Below, piece by piece: positions 20,091-29,090 of a stretch of 64,000 bases of DNA. Every line of letters begins with the position of its first letter. The stretch's first letter is position 1. The position numbers were made by a program, and so were the translations under genes. The notes under the pieces are model-generated. The model was not told the origin of the DNA and searched no databases. It saw only the letters and a list, made by a program, of their open reading frames with translations. Source of the DNA: Candidatus Levybacteria bacterium RIFCSPHIGHO2_02_FULL_40_18 (GTDB taxonomy: Bacteria > Patescibacteriota > Microgenomatia > Levybacterales > GWA1-39-11); the NCBI GenBank assembly GCA_001782235.1, contig MFOC01000004.1, forward strand, positions 32,945 through 96,944. The letters run 5' to 3'.

Positions 20091-20626
20091 TTCTTGGACC
20101 GCGAAAATTGCTAGAGCTGGTTCGTAAAAAAAAGTTGGTCGAGGGATTGTCAGAGCGCGAGCTAACGAATCCTGAAGGAGCGGGTTTTGATTTGAGGTTG
20201 GGGGAGGTTTATAAAATAAGCGGTTCGGCTTTTCTTGGTGAAACACACCGAAAGACCCCGAGCATAAAACTTGTTCAAAAATACAAAGAAGGCCAGAAGA
20301 GAACAATAAAAATAAAACCCGGAGATTTTTATCTTGCAACTACAATTGAATCGGTTAATACTCCAAAAAATTTGACAATAAATTTTAAACCTCGAACCAC
20401 AACTTTTCGTTCCGGTCTATTTCTTAGAACCGGAAATGTCGCTCCGGGATATCGCGGAAAATTGACATTCGCGATTAAAAATGAGGGACCAATAACCGTT
20501 GAGATTGAAATGGGCGCCCGTATTGTTCATGCGCAGTTTGAGGAGGTAAAAGGCGGCGGCTCGTCCTACCGCGGTCAATGGCAAGGCGGCCGCGTAACAA
20601 CAACCAATCGTGAAAAACAAATATAA
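20087..20626 (+). CDS. dCTP deaminase/dUTPase-family protein (second paralog)
   Basis: GAGFDLRLGEVYK ... IKPGDFYLATTIE is the dUTPase/Dcd beta-jelly-roll signature. It overlaps tmk by 4 nt. Confidence 0.65.
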   Translation: MILGPRKLLELVRKKKLVEGLSERELTNPEGAGFDLRLGEVYKISGSAFLGETHRKTPSIKLVQKYKEGQKRTIKIKPGDFYLATTIESVNTPKNLTINFKPRTTTFRSGLFLRTGNVAPGYRGKLTFAIKNEGPITVEIEMGARIVHAQFEEVKGGGSSYRGQWQGGRVTTTNREKQI

Positions 20627-20627
20627 A

Positions 20628-20763
20628 CTAGAAAATAGTTATTGGAAAATGGAAATTAGTAATGGAAAATAGAGAATAGAAAATAGTTAATAATTAATAT
20701 ATTGCCAATTTATAATATCTAATTTCCATAACCATTATCCAATTACTAATAACCAATTTCTAT
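20628..20763 (+). repeat. MITE-like AT-rich hairpin repeat, copy B (ends at the thyA start codon)
   Basis: ctagaaaatagttattggaaaatggaaattagtaatggaaaatag ... taatttccataaccattatccaattactaataaccaatttctATG. Confidence 0.6.
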
Positions 20764-21718
20764 GAAAAAACATCAAGAATACCAATACCTAGATTTGCTT
20801 CGTGACATTATGAAAAATGGTGTTAAGAAGCCTGTTTTTAATAATCCGGGAGTAACTATTATAAGTGTGTTCGGGCGTCAGATGCGATTCGATTTGTCAA
20901 CCGACTTTCCACTTCTGACAACTAAGAAATTGTTTACGCGAGGAATTATTGAGGAACTTCTGTGGTTTATAAAAGGTGATTCTAACATTAAATATTTAGT
21001 TGACCGCAATGTTCATATTTGGGATGAGTGGGCATATAAACCGTATAAAAATCAAAAACTTAAAACTAAAAACTCAAAACTACTTTCGCAGGAAGAATTC
21101 ATAGAAAAAATAAAAACTCTACCAGCAAGTAATCCTTTTGTTAAAAAATGGGGAGATCTTGGGAATGTTTATGGAGTGCAGTGGAGGAGATGGAAAACTT
21201 CGGACGGAAGAACAATAGATCAGCTCTTATGGGCAATTGACAAACTTAAAAAAACACCAACTCGAAAACACATTATTGTTTCCGCATGGAATCCGGAGTT
21301 TATATATGAAATGGCCTCACCCGGCAAATCAATGGCCTTACCTCCTTGCCACACACTGTTTCAGTTGGATGTTCGTAATAAAAAACTATCCCTCCATTTA
21401 TACATGAGAAGCGCTGATTTTTTCCTAGGTGTCCCTTTTAATATCGCAAGCTATTCACTTCTGACCATGATGCTTGCTCAAGTAACGGGATTAAAAGTGG
21501 GTGAGTTTATTTTGACTTTTGGCGATGTTCATCTTTACAGCAACCACTTCAAACAAGTTCGTGAACAATTAAAAAGGAAGCCAAGACCTTTTCCAAGGAT
21601 GAAAATTAATCTCAAAATTAAAGATATTGATGATTTCAAAATCGAAGATTTCAAACTAGTCGGTTACAATCCCCATGATCCAATAAAGGCTCCCGTAACA
21701 GTAGTCGGAGGATTTTAG
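20762..21718 (+). CDS. thyA: Thymidylate synthase ThyA (with internal insertion)
   Basis: Active-site region MALPPCHTLFQLDV, plus DLLRDIMKNG and SAWNPE motifs. A ~50-aa insertion is comparable to the L. casei-type ThyA. Confidence 0.9.
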   Translation: MKKHQEYQYLDLLRDIMKNGVKKPVFNNPGVTIISVFGRQMRFDLSTDFPLLTTKKLFTRGIIEELLWFIKGDSNIKYLVDRNVHIWDEWAYKPYKNQKLKTKNSKLLSQEEFIEKIKTLPASNPFVKKWGDLGNVYGVQWRRWKTSDGRTIDQLLWAIDKLKKTPTRKHIIVSAWNPEFIYEMASPGKSMALPPCHTLFQLDVRNKKLSLHLYMRSADFFLGVPFNIASYSLLTMMLAQVTGLKVGEFILTFGDVHLYSNHFKQVREQLKRKPRPFPRMKINLKIKDIDDFKIEDFKLVGYNPHDPIKAPVTVVGGF

Positions 21719-21719
21719 C

Positions 21720-22235
21720 ATGAGAATTTCAATGATTGCGGCAATTGGGAAAAATCGCGAACTTGGTAAAAACAATAAATTAATTTGGAAGATCCCTTCG
21801 GATATTGCAAGATTTCGAGATATAACGCGGGGGCACCCTGTTATCATGGGAAGAAAAACATATGAATCAATTGGCAGGTTATTGCCGGATAGAACCAATA
21901 TAATAGTAAGTCGAGATTCGAATTATAAAGTAGAGGGGGCAGTGGTTGTAAATTCTGTCGAACAAGCCCTTCGATGGGTTCGACAGGCTCACCACAAGCA
22001 AGCTCAGGGTAAACAAGTCGAGGGGAATGAAGAAGTTTTTATAATTGGAGGCGCACAAATCTATGCCCTTGGGATGCCGTATGCTGATAAATTGTACTTG
22101 ACAAAAATAGACGCGAAGGAGCCCGCTGCTGATGCATTTTTTCCTGATTATTCAGATTTTAAAAAAATTGTTGGATCTAAAAAAAAAGAAGAAAACGGTA
22201 TCAAATTCGAATACCTCGATCTTGAAAAATCGTAG
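21720..22235 (+). CDS. folA: Dihydrofolate reductase
   Basis: ISMIAAIGKNRELGKNNKLIWKIPSDIARFRDITRGHPVIMGRKTYESIG is the classic DHFR N-terminus. Confidence 0.85.
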   Translation: MRISMIAAIGKNRELGKNNKLIWKIPSDIARFRDITRGHPVIMGRKTYESIGRLLPDRTNIIVSRDSNYKVEGAVVVNSVEQALRWVRQAHHKQAQGKQVEGNEEVFIIGGAQIYALGMPYADKLYLTKIDAKEPAADAFFPDYSDFKKIVGSKKKEENGIKFEYLDLEKS

Positions 22236-22237
22236 TA

Positions 22238-23500
22238 TTACTTTTTGTTTGAGGCAATAACATTTAGCCAGTCAGATCCCAAAGACTTAAAGGGTTTTCT
22301 AAAAAGATAATCCCAGTGGCGCCCGTCAAAAAAACCTCCAAAAATTTCTACTTTTGCGAAACCCTCGTTTTTTAAAACATCGACTATTCTTTTTTCATCT
22401 GTATACGCCATAAGACTGTTTCTAACCCCAAAGGATTTCCAACGTTTCCCGTCCGATGACAGAACTACAAAGGATTTAAGAATGGTTTTATTAATCGGGT
22501 AATCATAATACTCGATAAAGCAAAACTCTTTTATCTTGCTATCTGGACCTTGGACAAAATTGAAGCTCAAAACTCTCCTGTCTCTTTTTAAGACCTTCTC
22601 AAAATTCGTAATCTGGAAGACCATAACACCGTTGTCAGACAAGGAATTTGCAGCGCTTTTTATAAGGTGTCTGTAATTGTCTGGATTGTGGGAGAGAGTG
22701 TTCCCCATAAAAATTATGGCATCATAAGAAACATCGAGATCATAAAGAAGATCTTCTGTATCTTTGTGCCAAAAATGTATTCTTCCATATGCCTTGTTTG
22801 AAAGACCAACTTTGTGGCGATTTGCCTCCGATATCATTGCCGCACTTCTGTCTACCCCAACAACTGTGAACCCGTGCTTTGCCAATTCTATTGCGTGTTC
22901 TCCTGTTCCGCATCCTGCATCCAAGACTGTTTTTACGTTATGCTTTTTGAATAATTTTAATAGGTCGGGCATTTCATACTTAAGCCTGTTTTCCCAGTCA
23001 ACGGTTGTGTAATAAGTTCTGGAGAGAAAATCATTGTAATCTTCATTTTCGGTGAATAATAATTTTTCTCCAATAAGACTTCTGAACACGTCTCCCTTTG
23101 AGATGATGCCGATAATTCTTCCTTGTTCGTCAACAACAGGCAACCTTCCTATGTTTTTTACATTCATAAGAGACTGGGCGCGAAGAAGGGGGGTGTCAGG
23201 CTTTACGGCTGTCGGTTTTTTGCTCATCATTTGGGATACGGGGAGGGACATTATTGTTGCCGCTTTTTCTTCCATGGTCTCAAAGTTTGCCTCGTGCACA
23301 GTGTCCTGTATTAGTTCGTGGATAGTCGGAAAGAATTTGTTTAGAATATCTTGTTCTGTTATAAGTCCTACAAGTTTTTTGCCTTCGCACACTGGTACGC
23401 CATTTATGTCTCTTCCAAAAATAAGCAACACCGCCCGCTCAACCTTATCTGTTGGCCTTACATATTCAACCTGTCTTGACATAACATCCGCTACTTTCAT
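22238..23500 (-). CDS. CBS-domain pair(s) fused to a class I SAM-dependent methyltransferase
   Basis: Four CBS-like segments in the N-terminus (VADVMSRQVEYVRP ..., MMSKKPTAVKPDT ...). The C-terminus carries the VLDAGCGTGEHAIELAKHG SAM-binding motif. Confidence 0.7.
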   Translation of the reverse strand: MKVADVMSRQVEYVRPTDKVERAVLLIFGRDINGVPVCEGKKLVGLITEQDILNKFFPTIHELIQDTVHEANFETMEEKAATIMSLPVSQMMSKKPTAVKPDTPLLRAQSLMNVKNIGRLPVVDEQGRIIGIISKGDVFRSLIGEKLLFTENEDYNDFLSRTYYTTVDWENRLKYEMPDLLKLFKKHNVKTVLDAGCGTGEHAIELAKHGFTVVGVDRSAAMISEANRHKVGLSNKAYGRIHFWHKDTEDLLYDLDVSYDAIIFMGNTLSHNPDNYRHLIKSAANSLSDNGVMVFQITNFEKVLKRDRRVLSFNFVQGPDSKIKEFCFIEYYDYPINKTILKSFVVLSSDGKRWKSFGVRNSLMAYTDEKRIVDVLKNEGFAKVEIFGGFFDGRHWDYLFRKPFKSLGSDWLNVIASNKK

Positions 23501-23677
23501 ATTGCTGGCTTAATTTATCATCAAATCTGAAAAAAAGCAAGAAGAAACCATACAGAACCTGCGTAAGATTTCTTACACATTTAAGGTTATTTTACTTACA
23601 GACCGCCAGTATAGATAATTTGATAAAATTAGCCATAAACCATTATCTAGTCCAAATTAATGTGACTAAGTTTTTAT

Positions 23678-23697
23678 ATGGACAGAATAATGTCCAT
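23678..23697. promoter_or_regulatory. Palindrome ATGGACA-N6-TGTCCAT in a divergent intergenic region (candidate operator)
   Basis: Perfect 7-6-7 inverted repeat between the minus-strand CBS-MTase gene and the plus-strand 23754 gene. Confidence 0.3.
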
Positions 23698-23753
23698 GTG
23701 ATAGAATATGCCTCACTCCCTTAGTAGAGGGAGAGCTTTTTTGTAGGTAAAAT

Positions 23754-25121
23754 ATGATTACCGAAGCATTACAAAGTAATGGACGCAACCACTTAAAAGG
23801 TGCTGAGATAATACCTTCAGCATGGCAAAAACCAGATGCAGATGCGATAATCAGGAATACTAAGCCATATAAGCGACCTGAGGTCTGGTCCAGATCTGTT
23901 GAGGCAGATCGTTTGACAATTCGGGATAAAGTAGAAGAATTGGTTCTAGAGCTGGCATTCGGAGCTACCCCTGCATTTAGGAAATTGACGGACTTAGGAT
24001 ATGGGAGAGAATCGCACGGAGAGGTAGAGGGGAGAGAAGGGGAAGACGAGGAATTAGAGATTGATACTAAGGCAGAAGCTAGGGCAGAGGAAATAGTTGA
24101 ACGAGTCGCCGACAGATTTGGGCTATCTCTATTTGTTTTTTCGGAGCACAATAGTTTTGGAGTAGGAGATAGACGGCCTGATGTTGTTGCTTTCCTTGAT
24201 CCAATAGACAACTCCGGAGAATATGAGGATGGGCATAATACTCCTCCTTATATTGCAATAAGCTTTTTTGATAAAAGGGGGGTTTCCTTAGCAGGACTTG
24301 TGTCAAACCTAATGACAGGTCATATATTCATAAATAAACGTGGGAAAAACTACGAGTATAATCCAAATATACGAAACGTTGAACGGCGATTGAGGATATT
24401 GCCTAAACCCAGAAAAATAGTAAGTATACATGACCGCCGCTTTAGTCTAAGTAGCTATGATGGAAAATACAAATACACGGCCCCATTTAGAACCAATTTC
24501 GACTTATTAGATCGTGATAGAAATCAAAATAATATTTTTCATGGGAAAGCTGGAGCACATAGTGGAGAGGCTATTTCAACGGGATCTATGGGGATGTATA
24601 TTGCCCCTTTCGAACCTTTGGCCGAGTCTCTTACATTAATTCCTTTTGCGAAAGCGGCCGGATACATATGTGCCGAGGTAAGTCTTGAGGATGGAAGCTG
24701 GAAGGAATTTGAATTGAGCGAAGATCTTATCAAAATGTTCCTTAGTTATCCTCATACATATAATAACGCAAGGACACCACTATTAATTGTCGCTAAAAGC
24801 AGAGAGCTAATTTATCAAGCTATAAGATATGGCTTCTCAAAACCACTGCTACTTCATGAGAGTCATAGAGAGAATGAACCCGGGTTTCAAAAAATATCCC
24901 CAAGAAATGTCGGAAAGGATTGGAGCACTTACGAAGCTATATGGGAAAGAGATAAAGAGAGTAATAAAACATCATCTTTGGTGGAAGGAGACAGGAACCG
25001 CTCCAGTTCAAATAGCGAACAAGTACTCCTTCCGGGGCTTGAAGCAACACTACGAGCTGGAGATTTACAAAAGACCCGTCATCCCAAATCCTTTCTTAGG
25101 GTAGTGGAAACAGGGAAGTAA
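23754..25121 (+). CDS. Hypothetical protein with inositol-monophosphatase/FBPase (FIG)-like central region
   Basis: VAFLDPIDNSGEY resembles the FIG-family DPIDGT metal-binding motif. An acidic EE..EEIVE stretch lies upstream. The rest is unassigned. Confidence 0.35.
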   Translation: MITEALQSNGRNHLKGAEIIPSAWQKPDADAIIRNTKPYKRPEVWSRSVEADRLTIRDKVEELVLELAFGATPAFRKLTDLGYGRESHGEVEGREGEDEELEIDTKAEARAEEIVERVADRFGLSLFVFSEHNSFGVGDRRPDVVAFLDPIDNSGEYEDGHNTPPYIAISFFDKRGVSLAGLVSNLMTGHIFINKRGKNYEYNPNIRNVERRLRILPKPRKIVSIHDRRFSLSSYDGKYKYTAPFRTNFDLLDRDRNQNNIFHGKAGAHSGEAISTGSMGMYIAPFEPLAESLTLIPFAKAAGYICAEVSLEDGSWKEFELSEDLIKMFLSYPHTYNNARTPLLIVAKSRELIYQAIRYGFSKPLLLHESHRENEPGFQKISPRNVGKDWSTYEAIWERDKESNKTSSLVEGDRNRSSSNSEQVLLPGLEATLRAGDLQKTRHPKSFLRVVETGK

Positions 25122-26418
25122 AAGACGTGACTTCAAAACTAATCTTTAATAACTTTTTATCTTTGGCGAGTTCTTTTTTTAGATTTGAGAAGTATTTTGA
25201 ACGTTCTTCCCTTTGTTCGGGGAGTTTATAATTCCTAACTTCCTCGATCACTCTATTGATCCAATCTCCTATTTTTCCCATGTCTTTTTCTCGCACGCCG
25301 CGGGTTGTGATTGCCGGGGTTCCTAAGCGAATCCCCGAAGGGTAGAAAGGGGGCATTGTGTCGCGGGGCACTGCATTTTTATTAACAATAATTCCTGCTA
25401 CTTCAAGAGCAAAAGCGGCAACCGCACCGTTCACGCCCTTATTCCGAAGGTCTATTAATATTAAATGATTATCCGTTCCGCCGGAGATGAGTTGAAACCC
25501 ATTTTTGATCAATTCATCCGCTAAGAACTTTGAATTGAGCACAATTTGTTTTGCATATTTTTTGAATTCCGGCTCGCTCGCTTCTTTTAAGGCAACCGCA
25601 ATTGCCGCGGTTTGATTGTCATGGGGTCCTCCTTGTAGTCCTGGGAAAACCGCTTTATCGATTTTATCGGAGAGTTCAGGATCCTTCGCAAGACCCTTAT
25701 CAGTCACCATTAATAATGCTCCCCGAGGTCCCCTCAAAGTTTTGTGAGTTGTTGTCATAATAATATGGGCATGTTTTGAGGGAGATGGGTGAATGCCTCC
25801 CACAACAAGACCCGCGATATGTGAAATGTCGGCCAAAAGATACGCGCCAACCTCGTCTGCAATTTTTCCGAACCGCTCGAAATCTATTATCCGGGGGTAG
25901 GCCGTTGCGCCGCATACAATTATTCTGGGTTTTTCGCGCTTTGCGATTTTTTCGATTTTCAAATAATCAAGTAAACCGTTTTTATCAAGCTCATAGGGGA
26001 CAGCTTTATAATACTTCCCCGATATTGAAACGGGTGATCCGTGGGTCAAATGGCCTCCAAATGAAAGATTGAGGCCCATAATTTTATCCTTGAGTGGTTC
26101 AAGCAAGGCAAAATACACAGCGGTGTTTGCAGGAGACCCTGAATAGCTTTGCATATTTACATGCGAAACTTCGAATAATTTTTTTGCTCTTTCTTGGGCT
26201 AATATCTCAATATTATCTATTATGCTATTTCCCTGATAATAGCGCCTTTTCGCATAACCTTCGGAGTATTTGTTATTCAGTACGCTTCCAAGAGCTTCTA
26301 AGACGGCACTTGAGGCGTAGTTTTCAGAGGGAATCATTTCAAGGACTTCTGTTTGTCGCCTCATCTCGTCCTTAATCAATTCGAAGATTTTAGGATCTGT
26401 TTTTTTAAGATTTTGCAT
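25096..26418 (-). CDS. glyA: Serine hydroxymethyltransferase
   Basis: EMIPSENYASSAVLEALGSVLNNKYSEGY ... PLP-lysine region TTTHKTLRGPRGA. The length is typical. Confidence 0.92.
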   Translation of the reverse strand: MQNLKKTDPKIFELIKDEMRRQTEVLEMIPSENYASSAVLEALGSVLNNKYSEGYAKRRYYQGNSIIDNIEILAQERAKKLFEVSHVNMQSYSGSPANTAVYFALLEPLKDKIMGLNLSFGGHLTHGSPVSISGKYYKAVPYELDKNGLLDYLKIEKIAKREKPRIIVCGATAYPRIIDFERFGKIADEVGAYLLADISHIAGLVVGGIHPSPSKHAHIIMTTTHKTLRGPRGALLMVTDKGLAKDPELSDKIDKAVFPGLQGGPHDNQTAAIAVALKEASEPEFKKYAKQIVLNSKFLADELIKNGFQLISGGTDNHLILIDLRNKGVNGAVAAFALEVAGIIVNKNAVPRDTMPPFYPSGIRLGTPAITTRGVREKDMGKIGDWINRVIEEVRNYKLPEQREERSKYFSNLKKELAKDKKLLKISFEVTSFTSLFPLP

Positions 26419-26481
26419 TATTCAATGGAACCAATATAACCTAAAAGGTTGTGTGCGTCAATAAGATCATTTGAATGAAAA

Positions 26482-27333
26482 CTACTGGCAGATTTTCTGA
26501 GTTATAGAGGAAAGAATGGTTATGGCATCATCCGCACTTCTTGCTTCAAGATAATTCTCTGGTCTTGAAGCGATACTTCTCATCAGGCTGGCAAGATTCG
26601 GGTTATCTGCTTGTCCGGACCCGTCGTATATCGCGAGCGCATAGATTTCAACACCAAGATTCTTTATCTGATCTACTGGATTTGGATTGTAGTCTCTTGG
26701 ATCTTGAGTTCCTCCATGACCGTCACCAGGAACAGGGTGTCCGTCCGATACAAATATGAAATTAAACTTTCTTTCAGGAAATCGCGGCAAAGCTCCTCTC
26801 AACACATCGTAGGAAAAGACTAGCGCATCGTGGGTAGGAGTGTTTCCCTGAGCCACAAGGACATTAATTTTCTGGGGAATTAAGTCTCTAACTTCACTAT
26901 AATAGGAAACGGGAACTTCCTCTTTTATTTCCCTGCTGTTAAAAGATTGTATGCCAATAACTGACGTGTCAGTCAGTTTATCAGCCAATGCAAGTACTGC
27001 CTGTTTTAGTCTATTGATTTTGCTCTCGCCTGTTGGAGTAGAGTTCTGCATGGAACCAGTATGGTCAAGCAGAAGATCCAAAGTCACAGTTTCCGAGCAT
27101 TCTTTAAACTTTAATGTTTCAAGCTGTAGGGATTTTTTTTCTTGAGGTGTTAAAGAGGATGGATCCGGAATCGCTTCAGTAACGGGACTCTTAACTGCTG
27201 GCTCTTTTGAGGCTAACCCGCCGACCAACATGACACTTCCTACAATTACTACAAGAAGTATTATTGAAATTGTGATAGATCCTCTAACGAATTTTAATAT
27301 GGAAAATTTTTTTCGGGCAGTTTTTTTTCTCAT
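26482..27333 (-). CDS. Membrane-anchored VWA-domain protein
   Basis: N-terminal TM segment, then DLLLDHTGSM ... IGIQSF ... FVSDG MIDAS-like motifs. Confidence 0.6.
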   Translation of the reverse strand: MRKKTARKKFSILKFVRGSITISIILLVVIVGSVMLVGGLASKEPAVKSPVTEAIPDPSSLTPQEKKSLQLETLKFKECSETVTLDLLLDHTGSMQNSTPTGESKINRLKQAVLALADKLTDTSVIGIQSFNSREIKEEVPVSYYSEVRDLIPQKINVLVAQGNTPTHDALVFSYDVLRGALPRFPERKFNFIFVSDGHPVPGDGHGGTQDPRDYNPNPVDQIKNLGVEIYALAIYDGSGQADNPNLASLMRSIASRPENYLEARSADDAITILSSITQKICQ

Positions 27334-27364
27334 GAGTAATATTATTGTAGAGCAAGAAAAACCA

Positions 27365-27393
27365 TTGCGTCAAGCCCGCCTTTCTGCTATAAT
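27365..27393 (+). promoter_or_regulatory. Sigma-70-type promoter for rpsB-tsf (TTGCGT-17 bp-TATAAT)
   Basis: Near-consensus -35 and a perfect -10 with 17-bp spacing. The following ~130-nt leader contains the hairpin ctccgatttaatcggag. Confidence 0.5.
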
Positions 27394-27524
27394 TTCTATA
27401 TCTTTACCCTGCATAGAGCTTACTCCGATTTAATCGGAGGGCGCTTATACGGGGCAAGCACACACGCTCTAGTGTTCTAATCCTGGGCAAATTCCCAAAG
27501 GAGCGGAGGTAAAAAGGATTAACT

Positions 27525-28328
27525 ATGCACGAGATTACACTTGAAGAACTTTTAGAAGCCGGTTGTCATTTTGGACATCAGGTAAACCGCAGAAACCCAA
27601 AAGCGGACATCTTTATTTTTGAGGCTCGTTCCAATATCCACATTATTAATCTTGAAAAAACTCGCGAAGGATTGGTTGCCGCAGGAAAATATCTTTTAGA
27701 TTTATCTTCAAAAGGCGGATACATCGTCTTTGTAGGCACAAAGCGTCAGGCAAAGGAAATCGTCAAGGAAGAGGTTGGTAGGGCGAAAAGCCTGAGCGCA
27801 AAAGGAATTTTCTATGTTACCTCACGATGGGTTGGAGGAACATTAACTAATTTTTCCGAGGTCGCAAAAAATTTTAAACGCCTTTCCCAGTTGAATGAAT
27901 TTATACAAAATCCACAACAAGAATATACAAAACGCGAGATAGTTCTATTCACTCGCGAGAGGGATAAATTAAAAAATCTTTATGAGGGGATTTCTGAAAT
28001 GGATAGAATTCCAGACGCCCTGGTAATAATTGGTACACAGCATGAAACTACAGCAGTTAGGGAAGCAATTAAAAATGACATGACAACTGTTGGAATCGTT
28101 GATACGAATGCGGACCCGACGGTAATAGAGTATCCGATTCCTGCAAACGACGATGCGGTCGGCTCAATCAAATTGATAACGTCATATTTAGTTGATGCCT
28201 GGATCGAGGGGGCGGACCGAGCCTCGGCTCCGGCGAAAGGCGAGGGAGCCCGGCCGCGAGGGGAGCGAGACAGCGGTGGAAAGGAATCTAAAGATACCAC
28301 AGGTACAAAGAGTACTAAGGGGGAATAA
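27525..28328 (+). CDS. rpsB: 30S ribosomal protein S2 (with GC-rich charged C-terminal tail)
   Basis: LLEAGCHFGHQVNRRNPK ... FVGTKRQA ... WVGGTLTNF. Confidence 0.92.
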   Translation: MHEITLEELLEAGCHFGHQVNRRNPKADIFIFEARSNIHIINLEKTREGLVAAGKYLLDLSSKGGYIVFVGTKRQAKEIVKEEVGRAKSLSAKGIFYVTSRWVGGTLTNFSEVAKNFKRLSQLNEFIQNPQQEYTKREIVLFTRERDKLKNLYEGISEMDRIPDALVIIGTQHETTAVREAIKNDMTTVGIVDTNADPTVIEYPIPANDDAVGSIKLITSYLVDAWIEGADRASAPAKGEGARPRGERDSGGKESKDTTGTKSTKGE

Positions 28329-28333
28329 AGTAT

Positions 28334-28789
28334 ATGACTATAGATATTAAACTAATTAAGCAATTACGCGAACAAACCTCTGCTGGAGTAGCGGATGTTC
28401 GTGAGGCTCTTGAAGAAGCTTCCGGAGACTTAAAAAAAGCAGAAGAGCTTCTTCGTCAAAAAGGATTTGAAAGGGCGGCCAAAAAGGGAGGCCGCGCAAC
28501 AGGCGCGGGGCTAATCGATGCGTATATTCATCAAGGGAGAGCGGGAGCCATTGTCGAAGTTCTGTGCGAGACAGACTTTGTCGCAAGAACTTCGGAGTTC
28601 AAAACATTGACACACGAACTTGCAATGCAGGTTGCATCCATGAATCCAAAAGACAATCCTGACCTTCTAAAACAAGAATATATTCGTGACCCCTCAAAAA
28701 CCATTAGCGATTTAATAAAAGAAACAATCGCAAAACTAGGCGAGAATATAACCGTTGGCAGATTTTCAAGATTTGAATTAGGAAAATAA
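28334..28789 (+). CDS. tsf: Elongation factor Ts (short form)
   Basis: IKQLREQTSAGVADVREALEEASGDLKKAEELLRQKG is the EF-Ts N-terminal UBA-like domain. At 151 aa it is a reduced form. Confidence 0.85.
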   Translation: MTIDIKLIKQLREQTSAGVADVREALEEASGDLKKAEELLRQKGFERAAKKGGRATGAGLIDAYIHQGRAGAIVEVLCETDFVARTSEFKTLTHELAMQVASMNPKDNPDLLKQEYIRDPSKTISDLIKETIAKLGENITVGRFSRFELGK

Positions 28790-29090
28790 AGAGGTATAAT
28801 CGACATTCTCATAAATCATTTTGGGGCAGGACATAAAATGAGCTTAAAAGAACTGTTAGTAAAATATCCTCCTCCACTTGCAAGAATCGAACGCGGATGG
28901 AGTGCCAAAGATATAACAGGATACCGTAAAGCTAAACAAGAGTTAGGAGAGTGGATGCTAACGAGGAGAAATCCATATAGGCCCATTCCCAGACGTAAAA
29001 TAGCGTAGTTTTACTTTTACTCATAGTAATTATCCTGTATAATCATCTAATATTCGGATTCATTCGAATAAGCAATTCGTATATATTTGT

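Noticed and set aside
23666-24211. Minus-strand ORF 23666-24211, and similar antisense ORFs (1470-1937, 5450-6078, 10913-11308, 31796-32176, 27980-28300, 49415-49966)
   Set aside because: They overlap well-supported genes on the opposite strand, have low-complexity composition and no motifs. They are shadow ORFs.
28838-29009. 53-aa ORF downstream of tsf (MSLKELLVKYPPPLARIERGW…)
   Set aside because: It has a weak RBS and no recognisable family. It is too uncertain to list as a feature without comparative data.
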